This document shows positions 1-12,599 of a stretch of 64,000 nt of DNA, piece after piece (within the stretch, counting starts at the first letter, position 1; each line of letters opens with the position of its first letter). Below the pieces are notes generated by a model. It ran no database searches. It saw only the letters and a list, made by a program, of their open reading frames with translations, and was not told where the DNA came from. Source of the stretch: Euprymna scolopes (lineage: Eukaryota); NCBI GenBank assembly GCA_053919585.1, contig CM132808.1; one strand, 5' to 3'. Both the position numbers and the translations under genes were made by a program.

Positions 1-448
1 AACAGTATATAAATTAAGAATATCTATTATTTTCATTTGTTTCTTCTGTGACGAACGTTTCCAAAGCAGACAATAAAGATAACGAACATGTTTGTTGCGA
101 AAGAAATATGTCATTAGGCGCCATTTTGTTGTTGTTGTTGTTGTTGTTGTTGTATTTTCTCTTTTAAGCACAGTGTGAATTATTGCTGAGTCTCAGTTTT
201 TGAGTTCTGCAAATTTCAAGAAAAGAAAACTTTGACAAAAAGAAAAAAAGAAAAAAAAAGCGAAATTTAAAAATAAAACGAAAAAAGAAACATTCTGCTA
301 GAAGGAGAACGAAGAAAACAGTTGAAGTAAAAAAAAAAAAATTCCTGAAAGAAAATAACTTCAGAAAATATTCAAGAGAAAAAGTAAAAATTATAAAAGA
401 AATAAGAAAGAGGGAGGATATAAAGATGCATGAAGGAGTTGAAAAGAT

Positions 449-835
449 GGGCAGGTGCTCGTCTAAGCTCCAATCCCTCGCCAATCTTTCACGAGAAACA
501 CTCGTCTGGCTGAAACTACTGTCAATAATCTTCCCCACTCTTTATCTGTGCCTAAATCCAAACGTAGATTCCATGAGCAAAGCTTCTTTCTTAGAACTGC
601 ACGCCAGTGGAACTCTCTGCCGCTTGCCTGTTTCCCACCTGACTACAACTTGGACGTCTTAAGTCCAACATAAACAAACTCCTGACAAACCGCCCCCCTA
701 AAGTAAGACACTCTATCACAACCCCCAATACTAATGATTACTACAATACTATCTCATTCATTACTGTACACGCAATAACCCTTATCCCTGAGTGGCCTTC
801 GGGCCTTGATAAGTGGTGACCTCCATGTAAACAAA
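449..835 (+). mobile_element. 3' fragment of the same CR1-group LINE
   Basis: Aligns by eye to 8956-9325; shares the 3' end cccttatccctgagtggccttcgggccttgataagtggtga. Confidence 0.85.
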
Positions 836-1054
836 AAGAAAATGAAGAAAAAAGAAACAAAGAAAGAATTAAGGAAAAACGAAAGAAATTTCAAATTAGG
901 ACTTAATTTCATCTCTCTTTTTTTTCTTTTTTTTACAAATGTACGATGCATATTGTGTTCAATGCTATATGAAGTCATATAAATGAGTCTTGCAATAGCA
1001 AGCCATTAATTTATTGCAAAAAGTGTAATGTAAGTTTTCGTATATTTATCTTTG

Positions 1055-1132
<78 letters not shown>

Positions 1133-1256
1133 TGGAGCTCCTCATTTGGGGGTACCAAATTGGTCAAATGGAAAATTATTCCCAACTCGCATTTAGGTAA
1201 AAATGCACTTTCGTATAAATAACTGCATTCATTCAAAACGTATCGCAAAAACAAAT

Positions 1257-1344
<88 letters not shown>

Positions 1345-1446
1345 ACGTTCACGACTTCCGCTTGTTTGAACACTCTAGACTGTCTACGCCCGAATCTAGC
1401 GTTTATAAGTTGCTAATTCCCTTCATAAACGTAGCTTAATTATAAA

Positions 1447-1585
1447 TAATAATTATTCTTTACATCAACATATACTAATGTTTTGTGCTTTCGAAATCAT
1501 CGGTGTACGAAGTGATAATTCCTACTGGTTGACCCCATTTGCTAAGCCTTTACCTACAGACCATTAAACAATTGCAGCGGTAATC
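1447..1585 (-). mobile_element. tRNA-headed hammerhead SINE family B, degenerate copy (head-to-head with 1599-1760)
   Basis: Reverse complement contains aggtaaaggcttagc, cgtaca-CCGATGA-tttcgaaagcac-aAAAC-attagt and the tail taaagaataattatt. Confidence 0.55.
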
Positions 1586-1598
1586 AAGGGATTAGAAT

Positions 1599-1757
1599 GT
1601 GGCTCGGAGGTAAAGGCTTAGCTAATGAGCTGCAAGATGGCTTCATGTCTGAGTTCGAATCTCCCAGCTGGTAGGTATTGTAACCCCCTACAGTGATGAT
1701 TGTGAAAGTACCAAACGCTAGTGTTTGTAGGTGTAAAGAATAATTATTATCTATAAT

Positions 1758-1760
<3 letters not shown>
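1599..1760 (+). mobile_element. tRNA-headed hammerhead SINE family B, degenerate copy
   Basis: gtggctcggaggtaaaggcttagc...gagttcgaatctc, then cctaca-gTGATGA-ttgtgaaagtac-cAAAC-gctagt-GTT-tgtagg and tail taaagaataattatt. Confidence 0.6.
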
Positions 1761-1824
<64 letters not shown>

Positions 1825-2492
1825 ATCCATCTTGTCAAACAAAATTGTTTCTCTATGTCCGTGAGGAAGCCATTTTTAACTGCCAAGTAGAAACGAGAAA
1901 CCTATGCCAGTAATACTTACCCCAGAGCTTTAAACGATTTCGTAGAGAAATTCTTCACTCCAACATAACTATTAAACTGTGGCTGTTTTTTTTTTTCCTT
2001 TAGGTCATCAAAAATAATATTTATAATAATGATTTTCATTTGAAAAATTAAATTACTAATCTAATTCTATTTTATTAGAATATTAGTGCGAACACTGTCG
2101 GAGCATATCTTTTTCGCCACAATTTTAGACGGACAATAATAATTAGCTGTCATATAAAATAAGTCACTGAATTCTTTGCTTGTCTGTTAACACAGCTCGG
2201 GATTCAAAATGGACTACATGTTTTGGTTTTTAGTTCTTTCCCACTGCAAGAACTTAGACACGAGAGTCGGAAAGTGAGATTGAGAAGTCAGTGCAACCGA
2301 GGAGGGACATTCTGACCTGCAAAAAGTGTCCGGATAGTCCCCCACCCCCGATAAGGGCGCCTAAGGCGATTAGCAATAACATGTTCTTTATCTTTATTGT
2401 CTGCTTTGGAAACGTTTGTCACTGAAGAAACAAATGAAAAGAATAGATATTCTTAGTTCATATACTGTTAAAAATGAACATGCAAACTTGGA

Positions 2493-2825
2493 CAGATTAA
2501 ATAGAATGTTATTTCTAGTTGAAGTTTAGCAGATTATATAGAATGCTATTTCAGAATGAAGTTATACAGATTAAATAAAGCTATGTCAGAGGAAAGTTTA
2601 ACAAATTAAATATAATGCTATTTAAGAATTAAGTTTAACAGATTAAATGGAATGCTATTTTAGAATGAAGTTTAACAAATTAAATATAATGTTTTTTCAG
2701 AGTGAAGTTTAACATATTAAACAGAATGCTATTACAGAATGAAGTTAAACAAAATAAATAGAATGCTATGTTAGTGTGAAGTCTTACAAATAAAATAGAA
2801 TGCTATTTCAGATTGAAGTTTAAAA
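2493..2825 (+). repeat. 37-bp minisatellite (~9 units)
   Basis: Unit cagattaaatagaatgctatttcagaatgaagtttaa at 2493, 2530, 2567... Confidence 0.9.
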
Positions 2826-3664
2826 TATAATTGTTTTGAATAACTTCACAACTTTTTAGCGCATCTTATCAAATATTCAATCATTGTCACAAAAATTTTT
2901 AAAAAGGCTGAACTTATATTTTCTATATTACTAAGTCTTAAATAAAGAAAAACTTGCAATTAACAGTGTCATACCGATCAAACAACAAATTGAGAAAAAA
3001 ACAAACAAACAACGCCTTTGAAACAAAGTGTATACATCTAACCCCTTCTCAAAGAGAGAATGCAAGGCATGGGAGGGTGTACCTCCTAGGACTGTACATA
3101 ACTAAACCCTCACCGCAAAATCAAGAGGGACAAGATCATTGCAGAAATGGTCTAATCTTTGTTGATTTTAAGGGCTGAGGATAAAAATCCCTAGCCGAGT
3201 TAGCGCATCTAGATTAAAACTAAAAAGAAATGGGAACAGGAGGTACAAAATATTAGCCACCCTTGAGGTATAGGGTCCTAGCGGGATGGACTGATGAAAA
3301 TAATGAGGTAGAGTCTGCAGGGTGAAGGATGCTTATGGGTGTTTTATGCGTGAGCACATGAAATGTGGGTTGCTATTGGTTCGCTTTGTTTTGTTTCTTC
3401 AGGCGAGACGACAATACGGCTTCAATCGGCCGCGCGCGCCATTTTCTTGGAAGAGTCGAACGACTAAGAACGAGAAAGATCAAGTTAGAAATGTACTTAT
3501 TAGAGAAGACTTACAACGAACAGGTGCTTCGTATACCCCTCCCTCTCACACACTCACTTTCCTCTTTCTCTCTCCTCCCCCTTTCTCTGTTTATTTATAT
3601 CTCAAATGAGGAGATTGTATTTGAATTTAGTGAAACATTCCTCACCAGTAAAATAGACACAATA

Positions 3665-4692
3665 CAGGGTGTAAACGATAAAATGGCAAGTTGAGATCTC
3701 AAACGTTAAACCTTGATAAATAAGAGACGGTAAAAGATTTGTGTATGTTTATTCAACTATTTTATTGAATACAAACAAATAGAAGGTTACACAATAAACA
3801 TTTTGTTCTATGCGTCCACCTTTTGCGTCCACAACTGGCTGAATGCGAGCCCTAAAAGCACGACAGACCTTGGTAGCCGAGTTTTTTTTGATAGCGCGGA
3901 ATGCTCGCCTTATGGAGGTCTTCAGGGAGGCAACATTGTAAAGGGGCGAGCTTTAGAGATTTTCTGAACACCGGCCAGAACAGTCACAGGCGTTCTAATC
4001 TGGCGAGCTAGAAGGTCAAATATTTGAGGGCACAAAAAGCTGCAATTTTCTCTTCAATAATGTCTGCATTGCTTTGGACTCATGAACAGTTGCAGCGTCC
4101 TGAGGGGAAGATAATTTTCTTGGGACCATAGTTCTTGATTCGGGGTAAAAGAACTTTCTCCAGAATATTCAGATATTCCACTGTATTGATCTTCAGGTTC
4201 ACTTCAATGTAGTGAAGAGGCAGGACTTTCCCATCGCTGGCAACAGCTCCAAACACCATGACAGAGGCAAAATGGTCATTGGCTATAACTGTCGAGTTTC
4301 TGCGGTTGGAGACTTCGTCTACCCCAAACATTTTCTCGTCCACAAAAATGCGTACGGCACCACTATAGTGTTTTACGTTATTGGGTAGCAATCTTTAAAA
4401 ATGGTCTTAGATTTCGCTGTAAGAATGTTACGATTTTGTCTGCAATATGACTCCATCCCAAAATCTTTCCGTACTGCATTGTCTCTGATAATGTCAGACG
4501 TCTTATGGACGGCGCGGAATAATTCAGCAATGGCCATATTACACTGGCACTCATTTTTTAAATATTTTTAGCTGTCTAATCTGGAACATCAGACTCTAAA
4601 GATCATATCAATTAACATTTTAGATTGATAATGCCGTTTTAAAAACCTAAATTGCGGATGAAAATTACTGCCAATTTATCATTTATAACCTG
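3665..4692 (-). mobile_element. Tc1/mariner relic (maT/DD37D-like)
   Basis: TA-flanked TIRs cagggtgtaaacgataaaatggca / tgccaatttatcatttataacctg. Transposase remnants FVDEKMF, ASVMVFGAVASDG and (W)PSSSPD(L)NACD, with stops. Confidence 0.85.
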
Positions 4693-4732
4693 TATATTAA
4701 TCACCTCGGTAGAAATTAAATGGACAATACTT

Positions 4733-5263
4733 CCAATCACGTTGACCACCGATTCTCGTCAGATCACCGAAGTTAAGCAACGAGTAGCCCGGCCAATACC
4801 AGATCGGTGACCATCTCGGAAAGCTGGGCGCCGTATGTACCGCGCCGAGTCATAAGAAATTTCCAGGTTGGTATCTGGAGGCGCATTAATTCACTGGGAC
4901 GGATGCACCCCTAGACTAAACACATGCGTCAGTAGAAGGTAACTCTGATGACGTCGGCAGCAGGACGTTGGATGGCCATGGAGGAGGATGAATCTCCAAC
5001 AGATCAACGGTTCTATAGTATTAAGAGTTATGTTATTCGATTGCAGCTATGCTGGTGGTCTAGTGACAACGGATAGGTGCAAAACAGGCGAGTCAGATGC
5101 TACTGCGCTGGGGAAGGTAATGGCAACCCACCCCATATATTCTGCCAAGTTCAAAATCGTGTGATGTCTTTGAATCGGACCAACAGTGGACCGAAACCTA
5201 TAGAGAACACTAACCATGATTTCATCTACGACATGAACATGCCATGATACGAGAAGAAGAAGA
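4733..5263 (+). mobile_element. 5S-rRNA-derived SINE (SINE3-like) with RTE-like tail
   Basis: 4733-4840 resembles 5S rRNA (ttctcgtcagatcaccgaagttaagcaacg). The downstream gggaaggtaatggcaacccacccc resembles the RTE/BovB-associated motif; ends in (AGA)n. Confidence 0.7.
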
Positions 5264-5549
5264 CCCCTCTCTCTCTCTCTCTCTTCCCCAATCTTTTCCT
5301 CTCCCTGTCTCTCCCCCATTATCTCTTTATTTTGTAGATCACTCGTGTATAGGAAAAATCTGTTTCTACCCCAATTATTGTGCTATATTTTCCTCGAGAC
5401 GGAATTGAATATTATGTTATCATGTTAAGATTGATTAGTCCCAAATCTTCTATATTACCGGCGGGCAAGTTACCCGAGAAAGCTACCACGTTGGAATTTC
5501 GCTGTCGAGACTCAAGGTGCGCGTGCTGATGAGTCTTCATAGCACAAAG

Positions 5550-5637
<88 letters not shown>

Positions 5638-5649
5638 TAATTATACTTA

Positions 5650-5800
5650 TAAGTAATAATTATTCTTTATACCTAAAACCACCAATGTTTGAAACATGTT
5701 CGCAATCGTTAGTGTAGGAAGTGACAGCCACGAAGCCAACTTTGACTCAATTTGCTAAGCTTTTACCTCTGGGCCACAAAACAATGGCCACGGTAATAAA
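5650..5800 (-). mobile_element. tRNA-headed hammerhead SINE family B, degenerate copy
   Basis: Reverse complement gtggcccagaggtaaaagcttagc...cctaca-CTAACGA-ttgcgaac...tttaggtataaagaataattatt. Confidence 0.55.
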
Positions 5801-5829
5801 GAGAATTAATAATTTATAAACAACAAATG

Positions 5830-5892
<63 letters not shown>

Positions 5893-6357
5893 TATTAGTA
5901 TCTACTAGCATAATACCCATTCCAGGACAGGTGTTCTGCTTGTTAATAATGCTATTAATTAACAAACGGAACAGTTCTGCTCCACTTGAGACAAAACGTG
6001 AATAAAATGCCGGTAAATGTGAGTAATAATTTGAGAGTCAACTGCCGTCTGTCTGGTCAGTGGTTATGGTAATAAGGGTTTTTATTGGATCACTTGAATA
6101 TATTTAATATATTCAGCATCAGAAACGAAGGAGATGGTAAAACAGTGGGTTTTTTTTATGCAGACAGTCATCCACGTCACTTGTTCATAAATTCTGGCTA
6201 ATTTCCCTTCAATTGAAAGCAGACAATAACTTTATTCAAGTTGGAAAGCTTAATGCAATGCACTTTCAATGTCTATTTATAAAATCTGTTGATTCCACAG
6301 TTTCCTTTGATGCTTGTTTCTTCATGTGAAGAAACATAAACACAAAACCAAGATGCT

Positions 6358-6402
<45 letters not shown>

Positions 6403-6469
6403 TGACATTTCTCTGGCCTAAGTGGTAGCTTCTGAATAGTCATTACCGTATGCACATATATAGCCAACA

Positions 6470-7328
6470 NNNNNNNNNNNNNNNNNNNNNNNNNNNNNNN
6501 NNNNNNNNNNNNNNNNNNNNNNNNNNNNNNNNNNNNNNNNNNNNNNNNNNNNNNNNNNNNNNNNNNNNNNNNNNNNNNNNNNNNNNNNNNNNNNNNNNNN
6601 NNNNNNNNNNNNNNNNNNNNNNNNNNNNNNNNNNNNNNNNNNNNNNNNNNNNNNNNNNNNNNNNNNNNNNNNNNNNNNNNNNNNNNNNNNNNNNNNNNNN
6701 NNNNNNNNNNNNNNNNNNNNNNNNNNNNNNNNNNNNNNNNNNNNNNNNNNNNNNNNNNNNNNNNNNNNNNNNNNNNNNNNNNNNNNNNNNNNNNNNNNNN
6801 NNNNNNNNNNNNNNNNNNNNNNNNNNNNNNNNNNNNNNNNNNNNNNNNNNNNNNNNNNNNNNNNNNNNNNNNNNNNNNNNNNNNNNNNNNNNNNNNNNNN
6901 NNNNNNNNNNNNNNNNNNNNNNNNNNNNNNNNNNNNNNNNNNNNNNNNNNNNNNNNNNNNNNNNNNNNNNNNNNNNNNNNNNNNNNNNNNNNNNNNNNNN
7001 NNNNNNNNNNNNNNNNNNNNNNNNNNNNNNNNNNNNNNNNNNNNNNNNNNNNNNNNNNNNNNNNNNNNNNNNNNNNNNNNNNNNNNNNNNNNNNNNNNNN
7101 NNNNNNNNNNNNNNNNNNNNNNNNNNNNNNNNNNNNNNNNNNNNNNNNNNNNNNNNNNNNNNNNNNNNNNNNNNNNNNNNNNNNNNNNNNNNNNNNNNNN
7201 NNNNNNNNNNNNNNNNNNNNNNNNNNNNNNNNNNNNNNNNNNNNNNNNNNNNNNNNNNNNNNNNNNNNNNNNNNNNNNNNNNNNNNNNNNNNNNNNNNNN
7301 NNNNNNNNNNNNNNNNNNNNNNNNNNNN
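6470..7328. other. Assembly gap (largest of ten)
   Basis: N run. Others: 10662-10829, 20251-20383, 27127-27282, 27658-27834, 34523-34757, 38110-38258, 48198-48370, 51344-51505, 57583-57835. Confidence 1.
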
Positions 7329-7739
7329 AGTAACGACTCGTATGCTTTTTTTATTTCTCCCAAATGGATCAGACTGGATTGCAAATTGCATTACATTGTT
7401 ATGAATTATATATACGAATTTATGCGTTCATGATCTGAAAGTTTCATCGCTCTGTTTCAGACATTGTCGGTGTCTGACTCTAGAAAGCAATACCTGTTTT
7501 GGACGTGCATCAGAAGCAGAGATGCGTCATTGAACTGCTTGTAAAAGCGTATTTAGAATGATGGCGAATATGTAGAAAAAAAAGTCTTAATGACAAAAGA
7601 TTGCTCGTCTTTGATGGTACTACTCCTGCAACTTATGGCCTCGATAGTAGCCCCTACATCAATGTTGCACTATGCCTTATTTGGGGTGAAAATGAAATAA
7701 AAAAATTTTTTTTTAAGAAACCCATAAAATACATTTAAA

Positions 7740-7925
7740 TTTATGTCTCCTTACGCAGACACATAGAATGTACCTCAATTAATACACATTTTACATAGAC
7801 CCATAGAATGCATTTCAATTAATATCCCTTATGTAGAATCCTAGAGGGCAGTTTAATTAATGCCTTCTTTGCATAAACCCATACAATGCATTTCAATTAA
7901 TATCTCCTTACATAGACCTAGAACT
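7740..7925 (+). repeat. ~39-bp minisatellite (~5 units)
   Basis: Unit catagaatgcatttcaattaatatctccttacatagacc. Confidence 0.8.
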
Positions 7926-8454
7926 CAATAACTGCACAGTACATTCTTCAACTCTTCTATAAAAATGTTATATATAAAATGTAATAATTAAAAATAAAAT
8001 AAAAAAATGTAAGGTTATGAACGGATTACAAAATGACATAGGGTTCTTTATTCAATTCCGGCTAATGCCAGGTTTTCCTAATATTCATTAAATAAAATCT
8101 TTGGACAACATAACTTTTCTCATTAGTAAATCTACATAGATAAATTCTCTAATAATAAATTACTAATAATCTTATATATAAAGATAAGTCAAGGTGTTTA
8201 TCATGTTATTGCCTTTGCATCGATGTTTGATTTTGGTTTATCAGTTTTTCTTTTGGATAGTTTCAGTGTGTTCCTAAGACGAATAAAACATAATTCGATT
8301 TAATTTCTACTAAAAAGTACTTTACCACGCTCGGAATTAATTCCAAGTGAAATTAACACGGTAGGATTTTTTGATCGGATTGATTCTGTTGTTAGCATTG
8401 ATTTACCACGGTTCTGTCTAGCATCATATATTTAAAAGAAGAAACGCGTGAACT

Positions 8455-9326
8455 CTCTCCTCTGATCTCGAGCGCGTGGTTCAGTGGGGGAAGATGTGGC
8501 TGGTTACCTTTAATGCATCCAAAACCAAACTCCTATCCTTACATCATCAACGCTCTGATCCCCATCTGGCATCAATTGTGATGGATGGCTCTCGTCTGGG
8601 TGAGGCCCTGTGTTTTGACAAGCTTCTGGGTTTGACCTTTACTCCTGATCTGAAATGGAACACGTACATCAGGTCTGTTACCAGGTCGCTGGAAAGATAG
8701 TGGGATCCTTCTACCGCTCCAGAAGATATCTCACTACTGATGCAATTCTCTATCTATATAAAAGCCAAGTACGTCCAAGGATGGAATACTGTTGCCATAT
8801 CTGGGCAGGAGCTGCTAAAAACAGCCTATCCTGCCTTGACAGAGTACAAAATAGACTTCGTGGCTTAGTGGGAGATGCCCTTTTCTCTACCCTGCAACCT
8901 CTCTCCCACAGAAGAGACATTGCGAGTCTATCCTTGTTTTATCGTTATTTCCATGGCAGGTGCTCGTCTGAACTCCAATCTCTGGTCCCCCCCCTCGCTA
9001 ATCTTTCACGAAAAACACCCGTCTAGCTGAATCCACTGTGAAAAATTTCCCCCACTCTATATCTGTGTCTAAATCAAAACGCGGATTCCATGAACAAAGC
9101 TTCTTTCTTAGAACTGCACGCCTGTGGAACTCTGTTCCGTCTGCCTGCTTCCCACCGGACTACAACTTGGATGTCTTCAAGTCCAATGTTAACAAATTCC
9201 TGATGAACCGCCCCCTTAAGTAAACACTTCATCAAATCTCCACACTAACGTAATGTACTTGCAATAACCCTTATCCCTGAGTGGCGTCCGGGCCTTGATA
9301 AGTGGTGATCACTGTGTAAAAAAAAA
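8455..9326 (+). mobile_element. CR1-group non-LTR retrotransposon, 5'-truncated (RT C-terminus, 3'UTR, poly-A)
   Basis: Frameshifted ORFs WLVTFNASKTK, LYLYKSQVRPRMEYCCHIW, LQPLSHRRDIASLSLFYRY and SFFLRTARLWN; A-tail at ~9318-9326. Confidence 0.9.
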
Positions 9327-9563
9327 TGATAACATTCATAGTAAAAGTGGTGGTATGTAACCGATTGGATTCGAACTTGGCACGAGCTGGTTCTCTGTCT
9401 GAGTTATTATTTGCTCACCGCCAAATTAGTGTCTATAATTGGTTCATATTTCTTTCTTTCAAATACATCTTCTTGTGTTAGACTCATTTCATATTCTTAT
9501 ATTTCTATAATTTATTAACACAATTAATATAATTTATACTATTTTTTTTTCAAATAGCCGCCA

Positions 9564-9962
9564 TCTCTTATATAAAAGCCAAATGTCTGTGTGTATGTTT
9601 GTATCTTCAGCTAAAAATACAAAACTACTAAACGAAGACACATCAAGTTGGTATTATCTTGACCATCCTTGCCCCGACTGAATAATATATCTAACATTTA
9701 GAAAAAATTATTTATTCGGTAGTGGTCAACGGGGATAGGTTTGTGAGGGTTGTTTATTTTGTATTATTATGAGCTAATTTGTACAGAAAATTAGGATTTT
9801 TTTATATATAAAGAGAGTTGTTTGTTTGTATCTATAGTTAGAGAGAGAAAGGTCTGGATGGGGAGGGGAAGAATGAAAGATAGAGAGAATGATAGAAAAT
9901 GATGAAATTTTGATAGAAAAATTTATACCTTTATCCTGGGCAACGCCGGGTAGCACTGCTAG
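9564..9962 (+). mobile_element. Non-autonomous Helitron
   Basis: A|TC 5' end; 3' hairpin cctgggcaacgccggg, then CTAG|T; no TSD. Confidence 0.8.
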
Positions 9963-10988
9963 TATTTAACAAAGGGACGTAATATTGTCTTCTATCCATG
10001 CAGAGTTACTTCTCTTGATTGGAACAAAAAAAATAATATCCTGGAAAAAAACCTTGCTATATTTAAAAAAAAACAAACAAAAAAAAACAATAAAACACAC
10101 ATTGCAAGTAAATACACTACCGGGCAACACCGGATAAGTACAAAAATTAAATTTATGAAATAGAATAAATTTAATAACAAAGTAGAAAACGTGTTTTTAT
10201 TATTAAAACTAAAAGCTTACACCTAGAATTGAACCTCGTCTCTTGCTGTCCAGTCAAGTCTTCCAACCCATCGGCTGTACCCTTTTTTTATCAACCATCT
10301 GCTTGAATCCATTTTTTTTTTCCTGTTTCGGATGTTGTTTGGAGTTCAAACGTTCAAAAGTTTAGATTTCTCACTTTTACCTCTCATCTCGGCCGGCATC
10401 GTTGGCGGTTTCCAAAATGAAAGGATATCACATTTTTTTCTCTTCATTTACAACAATAATGGTAATTTCCGGTGCCGCCATATTGCTATTTCGTTTTCCG
10501 TTTGAATTTTTCTTCTCTTTTTTCTTTTCATTGTGAACCGCTTCTCTCCATATATACATTTTTAATGGGATTTTTTTTTCATTTTAGAATTAGCTTATCA
10601 TTGTCTCAAAACCGCGAAAACAAAACGAAACGCCACCGGCCAGAACAAAGGCTAACAACGTNNNNNNNNNNNNNNNNNNNNNNNNNNNNNNNNNNNNNNN
10701 NNNNNNNNNNNNNNNNNNNNNNNNNNNNNNNNNNNNNNNNNNNNNNNNNNNNNNNNNNNNNNNNNNNNNNNNNNNNNNNNNNNNNNNNNNNNNNNNNNNN
10801 NNNNNNNNNNNNNNNNNNNNNNNNNNNNNGTTTTAGTGATATGTTTTGAATGAATTCAATTATTTACGAAAGTGCATTTTTACCTAAATGCGAATTGGGA
10901 ATAATTTTCCCTTTTTAACCAATTTGGTACCCCCACATGGGGAGCAGTATATATATTATTTTTAAAATGTAATTATTCACTGATACGT

Positions 10989-11025
<37 letters not shown>

Positions 11026-11229
11026 AAGGGATAGGTATTCAAGGAGATTTAACGAGGTTAATAAGAGTGATCAATAAAAGAACAACAAGATATATTTTAT
11101 TGACATAAACACTTTTACATGGTCGCGGCACTAAACATACGTTGTCTTGCATAGAAGAGAGCCGGTTCTCAAAATAAATAAATAAAACAAATCTGGCCAT
11201 TTCCTCAAAAAAAAAAAAAAAAATCTGAG

Positions 11230-12079
11230 AACTGGCTTTTTTTTCTGTGGGGGACAAGCATTTTTTAAATCGCCTGCTATACATCATTTTAGATGACTGA
11301 CCAATTTTTATAATTTCATGTACAAAAAAACACAAATTGGAATACACCCTACTATAGCTTAATTGTTACAGTTAGTGAATTTCAAAAATGCAATCTGGAC
11401 GCGAGGACATTTAGAAGAACGATACACAACAAAATTCTGTTTTAAACTTGGAAAAAAAATGCAACAGAAACGCGTGGAATGCTTCGAACTTCTTTTGGAT
11501 CGTCTTACATAAATCGATCATCAGTTTTTGAGTGGCATAAGAGATTCAAGGAAGGCAGTGAGTCTGCAAGGGATTATGAGGTGTGGGAGGATTGGCCAAA
11601 TAAAGAATTTCATGGATAAGGACCGTCGTGTGTCTATAGAGACAATAAGTGCACAGTTTGATGTCAGTGTTGGAACTGTTCACACAATTATTCGCGAGGA
11701 ACTGAAGATGTGGAAAATTTGTGCGAAGTTTGTCCCATGAGTGCTCAGATGATCAATTAAGAAAAAAAAGACGTTGTCATAGGCATCGAGACAGTTCCTC
11801 ATCCTGTAGCCTAAACCTTGCCCCCTGTGACTTTTGGTTATTTCTTAAGCTCAAGGAAAACCTAAGAGGATGTCGTTATGAGGCAACTGAGGGTGCGAAG
11901 AGGGTCACTGACATGCTCACACAAGGGGACTTCCATGGGGCCTTTCAGAAGTTGTTGGAACGGTATAAGTGCATTGCAGTCGGAGGAGATTACTTCGAAG
12001 GGGATTGGAGTTTTATGTGTGTACTATCAATAAGAGTGCCCATACGAAAAAGACGAGAAACTTATTGAAGGCACCTCGT
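11230..12079 (+). mobile_element. Mariner relic, internally deleted
   Basis: KFCFKLGKNATET-like HTH, DRRVSIETISAQFDVSVGTVHTII...CAKFVP and LNLAPCDFWLF; 3' TIR aacttattgaaggcacctcgt. Confidence 0.85.
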
Positions 12080-12289
12080 TTATTTCCATCCATCTCGCGC
12101 GACAGTGGCCGGGATTGAATTCACTACACGAGTTTGTAGTGTAATTCAAATCTTGTCGGTAGCTGAATACTTGATGCTTCGCCAGGGCTATCAAGGGTTA
12201 TTTTTATCGTGACACTATCACCGGAGTGCCTACGACGGCTTAAGAGAGTCCCACATACCATCGACAGAAGGATAGACCGGATCAGTTTC

Positions 12290-12425
12290 TCAACCTGGTA
12301 TTTTACCTAGCGGTACATACAGCACCTAGCCTTCCCAAACGGTCACCCATCTGGTACTGTCCAGGCACAATGTTGCTTAACTTCGGGGATCTGGAGAACC
12401 GGTGTGTCAACGTGATTGTGTCGTA
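12290..12425 (-). mobile_element. 5S-rRNA-derived SINE fragment (duplicated at ~13479-13614)
   Basis: Reverse complement of gttgcttaacttcggggatctggagaaccggtgtgtcaacgtg matches the 5S internal control region. Confidence 0.75.
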
Positions 12426-12599
12426 TATTGCATTTTGGTATTATTTATTAGCAAAAAAAAACACGCACACACAAATTAACTTTACACTTAGGCACAATGA
12501 CATCAAAAATATAGGAACTGTGTGTATGTATGCGGGGGGGGGCGTCGTTGATCATCCTATGACTATCCTTCTATTTTTAAGTAAGCACACTTTAATCTA

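Larger units (their letters stand above)
1..2469. repeat. Distant inverted repeat pair (1-121 versus 2354-2469)
   Basis: aacagtatataaattaagaatatctatt... is mirrored by ...aatagatattcttagttcatatactgtt. Confidence 0.8.

Noticed and set aside
2493-2825. CRISPR-like array (37-bp period)
   Set aside because: Head-to-tail degenerate units with no unique spacers, in eukaryotic context with no cas genes.
5520-5550. Hammerhead at gctgatgagtcttcatagcac
   Set aside because: Truncated by a microsatellite before any GAAA, stem III or cleavage site.
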